In this document: positions 10,344 through 22,100 of the stretch, piece after piece
Layout of the letters: each line of letters starts with the position of its first letter
Position numbering within the stretch: position 1 is the stretch's first letter
The notes under the pieces: model-generated
Told to the model about the DNA's origin: nothing
The model's database searches: none
The model's input: only the letters and a program-made list of their open reading frames with translations
Source of the DNA: Anolis carolinensis
Taxonomy: Eukaryota
Assembly: GCF_035594765.1 (NCBI RefSeq)
Contig: NC_085841.1
Location: forward strand, 259,624,525-259,688,524
Direction: 5' to 3'
DNA length: 64,000 bases
Made by a program: the position numbers and the translations under genes

Positions 10344-13147
10344 ATGGCGGGGAACCCAAGGGGTGAGTCCCAGGGAAGGCTTTAAGGGTCGCCCGCCTCC
10401 GCCTCGCATCTTCCTTTTGTGCACAGCGAATCAGAATGGGAAAACTGGGTTGTTTGGGACTTTGGGGTGTTTGCGTGCCTTGGGGGGTATCTTCACGGGG
10501 CAATTCATTCAGTTCGGTACCGCATGTGATAGCCACTCCTTGGCTTCCTGATGATCAAAACATTCTGCCCCCAACGTTTTGGATATGCGATGCTCAACGT
10601 ATTGATATTGTGGTTGTTAGACTTTAAAGCAGGCATGGGCCAACTTGGGCCCTCCAGGTGTTTTGGACTCCAACTCCCACCATTCCTCACAGCCTCAGGC
10701 CCTTTCCTTTTTCCCCCTCAGCCGCTTAAGGAAAGGGCCTGAGGCTGTGAGGAATGGTGGGAGTTTGAGTCCAAAACACTTGGAGGGCCCAAGTTGGCCC
10801 ATGCCTGCTTTAAGGCATATTCAAGGAGTGTTACAGTTAGTGCACCCCTCCTTACTCACTTCCTCATCACTTGTTAATGTTGGAAGAAATGTGCTCCATT
10901 TGTTGACAGTTGTGGATTTTGTTCTTCTGTCATTTTAAGGTCTATGCATAAATCATGGATCTGTTCTCTAAAATTTTAATTGTGCATTCTCAAGTGTATA
11001 AAAAACTGTTAAGGTATAAAGAAAACGGGTCAGGTTTTGCAAGCATCAGCACCAAGGTGGATCAGTGATTCTCAGTCTTCGGGTACCCAGATGTTTTGGC
11101 CTTCAACTCTAAGAAATCCTAACAGCTGGTAAACTGGCAGGGATTTCTGGGAGTTGTATTTATTTATGTATTGCATTTATATACCGCTTTTCTCACTGCT
11201 AGGGGAGGACTCAAAGCAGTTCACAGCATAATCAATAACAAAATTAAATGCCTCACATATGTAAACATAAACGATTAAAACAACATTTAAAACTATGGAA
11301 TAAAAATGATTAAAATTATAAAACTGTGATAGCAATCACAGGTACAACACAAAACATTTAGGCCATTGTATCAATCCAGGGTGTTTTTCCATATTTTTGT
11401 CAATCGCCAAATGCCTGCTTGAATAACCAGTCTTGACTTGCTTCCTGGGGACCCACAGGTTGAGAACCACTGGAATAGAATATGTGTTAAGCGAAAAAAT
11501 CTCATTCTGGTGGTCATTATATGCAGGTGCTTGTTCAGGCCAGTAAGTTTGGTCCACACCTAGTGGAGTATAACTGGATGTGTTTTGAGATACATGGTGC
11601 TCTCTCCCTTGGGAGGTGGAGAAGCCATGCTCTCTGTGTTTATGTTATGCATGCAAGGACTTTGTTCATTTTGTTGCTCTTCAGGATTTATTTTTGATGT
11701 AATGCCACAAGTTTATGTTTTTGATTCTGCTGAATAAGTAAATTTATGTTTCCTCTTTCATCTGTGTGAAGCTACTGTGTCTTTGTTGTTGGATCAGATT
11801 CCGCATAAACGTCAACAAAAGCTACATTGTACGGGATGCTGTGGCCTCAATCTGCTCAATTTTATATTATTGCTTCCCCAAGGGCACTTGGAGCCCTGAA
11901 GTGCGCAGTGGGTTAAACCACTAAGCGGCTGACGCTGCTGACCGAAAGGTTGGTGGTTCATATCCGGGAAGTGGGGTGGGTGCCTGCTGTTAGCCCCAGC
12001 TTCTGTAAACCTAGCAGTTCGAAAACATGCAAATGTGACTACATCAATAGGTACTGCTCTGGCGGGAAGGTAACAGCACTCCATGCAGTCATGCCTGCCA
12101 CATGACTTTGGAGGTGTCTATGGACAACACCGGCTCTTTGGCACAGAAATGGAGATGAGCACCAACCCCCAGAGTCGGACATGACTAGAATGCCAGGGGA
12201 AAACCTTTACCTTTTGGGAGCTCTTGGTGGCACAGTGGATTAAACAGCTGAGCTTCTGAACTTGCTGATTGAAAAGTCAGCAGTTCAAATCTGGGAATCT
12301 GTTGCGGTTACTGTCAAAAATTATTTGCGATAACATTATAAAGCAGTCCAAGAAAATACAATAATGCAATTAGTGGGGAAATACTCAACAGTTTATAGCT
12401 AGGAGAAAAGCAAATGAAAAATCTGTTTCAAGAAATACTAAAAGTAAGCCAGCACCGAGACTTGGTGGTATACAAGAGGGGTGATTGTTTCATACGTTGG
12501 GTACCATTAGGAAAAAGACACTTCAATTCCTTGCTGCCAAATGAATATCTACAAACTCTAGCACAGTCAATAATACTTTTTTTCTGGAGATTGTATTGGG
12601 ATCTGTCAGTCATAATCTCCTTGTCCTTGAAATGGGATACAAGATGGTTAAAAATGCAAAATAAAACAATAATAATAATACATATTTATTTGTATCCCAC
12701 TTTTCTCCCTAAAACAAGACCTAAAGCGGCTCACAACATTGTGTAAAATAATATAAAACAATGTACATATATAAAACACAAACTATAAAAACAATTTTAC
12801 AATTTAGAGATAAGTATACATATTTAAAAACATTAATCTAATACAATTATTGCAAGCTACTCAACAAGACAGATAAAAGTTAGCCTTCCTGTCATTACAG
12901 CTCAGTGTCTTCATCAAAAGCTTGCACAAACAGGAAGGTTTTTAGCTGCTTTTTAGAAACAAAACTATTAAAAGACAGGCAAGAAATATCCACAGATAAA
13001 ATACAGATTGACAAGCCAGAAGTATTCCTACGTAGTGATATCTTGGCCCTTGATTGTGCATGTGCAGTCAGACCTCTATATTTGCTAGGGTTAGAAGCAC
13101 CGGGCCCCTGCAAAAGTGAAACACTGCAAATAAAGACAGTGGTTTTT

Positions 13148-13188
<41 letters not shown>

Positions 13189-16100
13189 CTAAGATAACAC
13201 CTCTCTAGCAATTTCTGGATTCTCCAGTGTGACTGAAGGAGGTTGACCACAGGCTCCTTATACACTGCCATATAATCCAGTTCTGAGTAGATAATCTCGA
13301 TTATATATGCAATGTAGAAGGGGCCAAGGACTCACTGGAAAACCTTGAAATTCCTTGAGAGAACATTTGAATAAAATCTGTGAATAATAAATCCTCAAAA
13401 GTCAAAGCTGCAAATGTTGTGGGCTGATCATATAAGGCATTGTATGCTACCAATATTTTACATTTATTTCTGGAGTTAACTAGTATAGCCAGTAGGGAAT
13501 TCTTCATCCTTACAGCAATAGATGTATGATTAGGGCCCCATCTGTGTATCTCAGAATCTGATCTCAGATTATTTGCTTTAAACTGGATTATATGAGTCTC
13601 CATTGTCAGATAACCTGGGATAAGAAGATAATATGTGTAGAAGGGGCCTAGGTTCCTGACTAGGTTGCCTTATCTAACAGAGCTTCCAAACTGTGTGTCA
13701 CAACATGTTAATGTGTTGGCTGCAGTGTGCACGTATGCCACAGCAATGTTACAGGAAATAACAAAATATTGGAAATATATGTTACTATCTTATAAATTGT
13801 GTATTTTAAATATATAAATGAAAGGTTTGATGAGATATGTTGCATCCCCAGACATTTCATTATTACAACTTATGTATATTTCCATGTCTCCAATTGGTTA
13901 ACACAGGCATTACTGGCTGTGAGGAATTGTGGGAGTTGAAGTCCAAAACACCTGGAGGGCCGAAGTTTGCCCATGCCTGGGTTAACACCTCCAATATGCT
14001 AGTAAAGCTGATTTACCGTGTTGCAAAATGATGAATGTCTAAAAAATGTGTCACCAAAACAAAATGTTTAGAAAGCTCTGCCCTATCGCTTTCAGACACA
14101 CACTACTTTCAAAATAGTTATATTTGACTTTAATTTAAAGTTAGGCTGCTGGCACTTGCCTGATTCTTGAGTATTTCGTTTCAACACAATCTAGTCTGTT
14201 TAAGGTTGTTTTGCTAAACCTTAGACAACATTATCAGGTATTTCTGTTACTTGAGCAAGAAGAACCTCTTTGTTTGTTTTTTGCAGACCGAGCAATGCCG
14301 AAGATGGTAAGCCTCATGAGGCTGGAAGAAGAATCGCAGAATCTATGGAGACAACTTCTTGATAATGTTGACAAGACAGACTTTTTGTGGATGGAGGAGA
14401 TTCTTGAAGAGGCGCAAAAGATGTTCAGCAGGTAAAATCTCACAATATGCTGGGAAAGGTGCCAAAAGCAAATATTTGGTTCTTTATATGTGTTGAAACT
14501 AACTGTTCCAAAACTGAATGAAAGATTGTCATCCTGGATATATTAGCTTTAAATCAGAGAAACTAAATCCTTTCTAAATTGTAACTAACTGAAATCAATA
14601 TTTTTCTTACTGGTATTGGTGGTCATAAGAAAACAGACTGGTTTGTAACTGAATTGTTTTTAATCAGTCTAGAGGCATAATCCTAAAACGTTTAGCTATG
14701 CAGCCTCTAATTATATTTCATGGAATTATATATTTTGGTTGGTACTTTCTATTCACATTGCTTATTTGAAGGCTGAGGCCTCATCAAGACACTCCTTTTT
14801 AAGGACTATTGTGATCTTACGTTATGTTTTTTTATATGCTCAATTTTATGAAATATGAATATCATATCTGATGGCTGAAGAAATGCAAAGTATAATGCCA
14901 CCAGATGTCTGTCCCTTAGACCAGGGCTTCTTAAACTTTTCCATTCATACTCCCTTTTGCCTGATAAATTTTACATGACTCCGGGTATATAGGTATATAT
15001 AAAATAAGTATGAAAATCTAACATTTACTGATAAGAAATCAGCATTTGTAAGGTTTGCTAAACAGGCTGATTTTCCTTTTTATGAAGTACAGCTGACGCA
15101 TCTGCATAGTCCACTGTAAACACTGCACAATAAATTTGTGTAAATGTCAAAAATAGCTACTATGTGGTGTTCAGAAAACTTATTGTTTCCAAATTTTTCA
15201 GTACCCCAACATTGAACTAAAGGGACCCCATTTGGGACCGGGAGCCACAGTTTAAGAAGCAGTGCCTTAGACTATGTGCAGAAAGCTTTCTCAAATTATA
15301 GATGAGTTTGGGTACATTGCCCAGGTCAGGAAACAGATAAGTATAGGTAAACATATTTTGGGTTCATCTACACACTGACCATTCACAGGATGGCATGGAG
15401 GAGCAATCCACCATGATTGGTTTAACCCCTGCATTTCACCCAGGAAAATCTGAGGTAACCCTTTACTGCGCTGCAGAAGATTTCAATTTTTCCACATTCC
15501 AGGGCAAAATTGGTTCCGCAGGATGCATTGTAGACACCTGGTCTTGCTGACATGCTTTGTAGGATTTGGAGTGAGGGGTTACTTAAAAATGCCTTAAAGG
15601 CATGCCTGGCTAGCAGCGGAGCTATTTGACCAGGGAGGGATAACCTCCTGTGCCTATGGAGCGCTTGTAAGTATGTTTCTCTGCACTTGGAACACACACA
15701 AACACACACACAATGAGCAAATTGAGGCCAGAAACATACTCACCTTCCTGGGCTTAAAATAGTTCCATACCTTTCAATGTAATAACCTCCACAGCAAAAC
15801 CATTTCCAAGATGCATTATAGTGTCCATGTATGTGGGCCCTTTGTTTTTGTAATACTGTATATCTAAATCTGAAATGCATCTTTTGTTACTGAAGTGTGT
15901 TAAAAATTGTAGCAATGGCCTAGGATTGTCCTGAAGGTGATTTAGAATGACGGCGTAATATCTGTCATTTTAACCAGAAGCTACTCAGGTTGCTCCTGAC
16001 ACGGAAAAAAAACCCTGTCAGCATGGCTCTTGATCTGCAGAAGATATTGTACCATAGAATAATAGCCAGGACACATGATTCTGGCCTTTTCAGTCCTGCA

Positions 16101-19100
16101 ACTTTTCATGCATGGATTGATTTTCAATAAGAAATAATTTAGCCATCTGTAACATGTGATAGATTATTTGTTCATTAAACAGCCTGGGCAAAGGCAATAA
16201 CAGGCTGGGATTTCAACTGTTAATGTTCTTATGTGTCTATGCAGCAGCTTCAATGGCAAACAGTTGCTGATGCCCAAAACTCCATCACAGAAAAATCGCC
16301 AGAAAAAGAGTCGTATTTCATCTGCTAAGCACGACCAGTTTGTCAAAAAGAGGTAGGGTGGAATATTATATGGAGGTCAAGTTGACAATGAGTGATGGGA
16401 TAATTTACAATTGACATTCTAAGTTGACATTTGGGGAAAATATTGAGATTGGAAGAAAGCCGGCATCATGTAATGCTTGAGTGTTAAAAAAAAAAAAAAG
16501 GTTCTTGAACAACCAGAGTTGGAATCTTCGCTTGTTCGTGGAAACTCACTAGGTGCCCTTGGGCAAATAACACATTTTCAACCTCAGGAAAGTAATGGCA
16601 AACTCCTTTTGGGGGAAAAATGTGATGGGGCCACATCAGTTACCCACACAAATCAGTGCTTCTGAAAACAACTGGGAAACTTTGTACAGATTTATTTGGA
16701 TACCAAAGCTTAATGCTCCATTAAGATTCAACTGCACACTGAAAATTCCAGGTTCTGATCTATCTGAAATTTCTTTGACCTTAGAAGGGTTTTGAAGCTT
16801 ACCTGCTGTCTGCAGTGAATTAAAAATTCTTCAATATATCTACTATCTTTTCTGAAAAGAAAAGAAATAAAGAAGAAACAGTGATATAAGATAATGGTGC
16901 AACTGCCTGTCCTTTAAATATCTTGTTTTACATGTATAGAGCTTTCAGACATTAACAAACTACCAGTTTAGTTCTCCATGCATCAGATATCATGTGCAGA
17001 AGAAGGCAGTAATGGAAAGCCTCATTCAAGTCTATACAAAATTTCCCATTTTGATCATAGTGAGATTTACGAGTGATGTGTAATGTGTGAGGTTGTGGGT
17101 TCATTATCATGTTGGGACTGACAACAGCAGGATTTTGTTAAGTTTCATATTGAAACATCTATCAGTTCAATTAATGAAAAATGTATCAAAAACTTCATGT
17201 AGATAAATAGAGAAGTTGGTACTTCTCCAAGATCTTCCAGGGAGGCCCTCCTCTCACTTCCATCTTCCTCACAATTAGGTCTGGTGGGGACGAAAGAGGG
17301 GGGCCTTCTCAGCCATGGCCTCCAGACTCTGGAAATCCCTCACCAGGGAGATTAGGTTAGCTCCCTCGCTTTCTTCCTTCAGGAAACAGTTAAAGACCTG
17401 GATGTTTCAGTTGGCCTTTGGTTAGACAGTCATTAGATAATCAGTCCCAGATGGTATTATTCTATCCTGTATTTTATTAGGTCCTTATTATCTATGCACT
17501 TAACTCATTATTTTATTCTTGCATTGCTGCTCCAGTTTCTCCACCTAAGTAGATGATAGAACTGCGCCTGGTGGTTGACTGATAACTATCAACTGTTTTA
17601 GTATTCTTGTTTTATACTGTATTACTGTATTTATCTTTTATACTATGAATTGTATTTATATTGTTGTTTATTTTGTCAATGTTGTTTGGGCCTTTGCACC
17701 ATGTAAGCCGCCCCAAGTCCCCACGGGGAGATGGTGGCGGGGTATAAATAAAGTTGTTGTTGTTATTATTATTATCTCGTAATATCTATTAGCTTTACTT
17801 TTCAGTACACTTGTACCCTATCATTTTTCTGACAATGTCTTCCTTTTATTAGATTATCAAAAAGAAATGGTAACCAGGCAAGTCTGCAACATGAAAGAGA
17901 TCTGACTATTTTTGCAGAGAATATATCACCTTGTTGCCGTGTGACTAGGTCTCGTGCTGCCAGGTCAGCCAGGACCTCAGAAAATTCTGTTCAGAAAGCT
18001 ACTGTTCCTTTAGCTAAAGGGAGAATAGCACTAGTGGAAATTAGTGCTAATGAGAGGCACAGTGCTGAATTGCACTTTAAAAAAACACCACCCCCGGAAA
18101 AGAAGGTTTCACTGAGCATCCCATTGTCATCTCAAGAGACCTCTACAAACAGAGAGCAACCTCTGTCCAGAGTTTCTTTGATTGTGATCCCAGATACCCC
18201 TGAAGCACAAATAAAAAAAGAGGAGCGAGGAGCTTCCAAGCTGAAAATTGCTAATGGGTCAATTGCCAAAACCACTAAAAGTAAAGAACCCATCACAGAT
18301 GAGAAGACTGCATGTGCTCAACAACAAGAGAATTGTCAACCTTCTGATATGGAAGTCAAGTTGAACCTCAGTGAAGATCCATGGACACCCCGAGTACCAA
18401 AAGAAAAACGTCAGTCAGTGCGGCGAAGCCTAATGGGTAGGCCATCCCTAAAATGCAGCACCTCTTTGGTTGCACGGTGCTCACTAAGTGCCAAAAGGAA
18501 AAGAGCTGTCCAGAAATCTATGTTGAAGCGTAAAGCATCCCAGCAGTCATCCAGTGCTTCTGGGCACCCAAGCTGTAAGTTTGTACACCATGAGATAGTA
18601 TTACTTTTCTTCGCTCCCTCTATTTTATCTGCCTGTCCATTGATGTGTTGAATCAAAATGTTGGGAAACTGAAATTATTATTATTATGTTTTAAGTAACC
18701 ATGGATTTTTCAAGGAAGAGAATCCTCGTGTTAAAATATCTGTCTCAGTTCAAGGTCTTTGAAGCACTTTCAAAAGTAGAAAAAAATGAGGCCTGATAAA
18801 TAGAGAAAGTCTTAATTTTTGGCAGGTTTGAGTGAAATGTGTGCATTTAACTTGCTGCTGCATTCTGCAACATAATGGGAACCATTAGATTTCACAGCAT
18901 TCACATTCTAATATTCTAGAGTGCTAATAAGAAACATGAATTAGGATAAGATGTGTTAGAGGACAGAAGTCTTTTTGAAATAGGAATCCACCTACTGATC
19001 TATGATTTCAGAATAATCACAGTTTGTGATATATAATTTTTATTAAATGATTTTATATCAAGTGTACAGGGAAAGAGTGAGAACATAATTTATAGAAAAG

Positions 19101-22100
19101 TCCAGAAAAGAGTAGAATAGATAGGGAACTACATCTAGAAAAAGAATTAGAATAATCACAATTTAGTCATATTTTCTACTGCAGCTTGCTCCATTCAAAT
19201 TTCTCTCAAGAAGAGAGGTCTTAATCTAAGTGATGGATATAATGTGTGTGTAAATTAGGAAGAAAGTTGCTGGGTTTTTTTTCTAATTGTAGAGTTGTGT
19301 CCATTCACTAGTCTTGGAAAATATTTTCTTTTCTTTCAATTGGACCTTTTTTGTGCTTAAAAGCATTGTGACTAGCGTTGTAATCAAGATTCTACAGATC
19401 AAGAAAACAAATGTTTAAGTCTGTTACTAGTTTATTTTGTGTTTCCCTAACTTCCATCGGTTTTTTGGTTGGAAATTTAGAAAATTAGCATTTTGTTTCC
19501 CTTTTGGGGAGGACAGAACATCCAAACTGGATTGATTTGCTTGCTTCTCTGGAGGCATAAAACTGTGAGGTCACTCTAGCCCCTTCTACATTGCCATATA
19601 AAATCCAGATTATCTGTTTTTAACTGGATTATTTGGCAATGTAGACTAATACAGTCCAGTTCAAAGTAATTTATGTAGATTATTGGATTTGATAATTTGG
19701 ATTATATGACAGTGTAGAAGGGGCTTCTGTAGGCAGAATACTCCTACTTGCCAATTCAGTTTTGTCCCTGCCTTCTCTCTATTGGCATGTTGTGGCTAGT
19801 CTCCGCTCTGCCCTTTTACTTTATTTGATTTCCCTTTGTTCTATTTCCTTTCTATCCTTTCAAAGGAAACCTTTTCTGCGTCCGCCTCTCTTGAGTAGCC
19901 TTTTAAAGGTCTTTTTCTTAGCCTCATTCATTCACCCCCTTCCTCCCTCATCTGTCTGGGTTGCTACATGGATAAGGAAAAATAAGTCTATATGTGGAGT
20001 TGTTTCCTAAAAGTACCAAATCCATCTGAACACATTTTACAGGAATTAAAACCACATACTGAGGATATGCATTCTTTTGCTATAAATTCCTTTTTCCAAG
20101 CCCTGTATAGTAGTCTCGCTTATCCAAAGTAAATGGATAAATAATAAATTAATAATAATAAATAATAATAATGGATAAATAATAAATGGATAATAAGGAG
20201 ATATTAAGGAAAAGCCTATTAAACATTAAATTAGGTTATGATTTTACAAATTAAGCACCAAAACTTCGTGTTATACAACAAATTTGACAGTAAAAGTAAT
20301 TCAACATACAGTAATGCTATGTAGTAATTACTATATTTACGAATTTAGCACCAAAATATCACGATGTATTGAAAAATGCGTTGGATAATCCAGAATGTTG
20401 GATAAACGAGTGTTGGATAAGTGAGATTCAGGGCCGTAGCCAGAAAAAAATTTCAGGGGGGGTGTAAATTTGGGGAGGGTGAACCCCTAGCACCCCCCAC
20501 CCCCGCTACAAACCTGTCAATATCTGCTGGAGATAGTGCCTGGAGGGGACTCTTAATGTTTTGCGTCTCATAGATTTAGCATGGGGATTTGGTTAACCAG
20601 TTAAAATTCATGAGTAAACCAGATTTTTTTTTAATAACCTGAAAAATTTCGGGGGGGGGGGGAACCCCTAAATCCCCCCCCCCCCTCGCTACAGGCCTGG
20701 TGAGACTCTATTGTAATTTGATATATGCTCATAGTTTTGAGCTGTTCATAACATTTTACACTCCTAGCCAACAATGTGCTGCAGTCTGTAACTCATTTTC
20801 CAATTTATTTGGATTTGATACCATTGGGAAGCAAACTCCACATATGAGTTTCTTGTGTTTTTCTTGCATAGGCCAATGTGGTCCAACCTTTAGTTACCCA
20901 AGGGCCAATCAAACTTTAGTATAGGAATTTGAAGGCCAGAAACATTCCAGAAAGTAAACGAATTCTTAAAAACTTAAAGCAGTAAGAAGGGTAAACGATT
21001 TTTTTTCCAAATGTTAAATTAAAATATTTTTCCAGTAAAAAGGGCAAGGGCCAATAGAAATGAATTGGTGGGCCGCATGTGGCCCGTCGGTTGGACCACA
21101 CTGGCTATGATAGAAATGAACATATTTATGTTTCTTGACCTATAGCCCCAGCAGCTGTGCATTCAGAAGATGAGGAAACAGCAACCGAATCTACGTAAGT
21201 TGACTAAAATTTTCAGATTGTATCTAAAGTCTACAATAAAACTGCTGGCAACATTGTTCTCCCCTCTTTGCAGCCTTTTCAAGCCAACTCCCCAAGCTGC
21301 AAAAGCAGAATCACTGGGCTATAAGAGGGAGGGGGCTAAAGAAATGTGCTGTTGGATAAACTAACATCTGCTTGTGCACTGCTGAATGTAATCCGTTGAC
21401 TTCTGAGAGTTCCAAATTCCCACATGAAAACAGGACAGCTGTTGAGCTTTTATAGGGCTTTGTGTAGTCTAATACAGAATGTGGGTAAGAGTTTAGCTGA
21501 CAACGCTGGTCACTTCATTTCATTGCGTTAATGTATTTAGTGACAGAATGATAAAAAGGAAATAGTACTGTTTTATTTATATATTTATGTCTTATGTTTT
21601 TTCTCCCTAGGTCAGAGCTAGATCCCTCTTCTGATTCTCAAGGGGTAAGTTCTGAAAAGAGGTAAAGTAAAGCCTAAAGATATAATTCTATATTGTACCT
21701 CCTTACCTAGAAGAATCAGATTAATCTAATCTTTTTAAAAATAAAATAGAATTACAAGCTTGGTAGATGAAGGGAGTTCTATGGCTATAGCATAACTTGA
21801 TTTCAGTAAGGCCTTTGACAAGGTTCTCTATGATATTCTCATGAAGAAACAGTAAAACGTGGGCTAAACAATGCTTCCCAATGCTTCCTCATCATCCTGG
21901 AAAGAAGTGACTAGTGTGGTACCACAGGGATCTGTCCCGGGCTATGCTATGGAATCATGGGAGTTGTAGTGTTGCAAAGTCTTTCCTCTTCTCTGCCAAA
22001 GAGTGCTGCTGTCTCACCAAACTACAAATCCCAAGATTCAGTGGCATTGAACAATGGCAGTTAACATATCAAATTCCATTCATTCTATGCATCCTTGGAC

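Noticed and set aside
9916-10938. Cluster of overlapping ORFs on both strands
   Set aside because: Explained by the GC-rich promoter and palindromic MITEs; no recognisable protein
17941-18651. 236-aa ORF as a standalone gene
   Set aside because: It is INCENP exon 4 (17853-18574) plus read-through into the intron
20872-20920. Apparent acceptor ttcttgcatag|gcc as an INCENP exon
   Set aside because: It is the start of a MITE; the frame is already completed by exon 21146-21194
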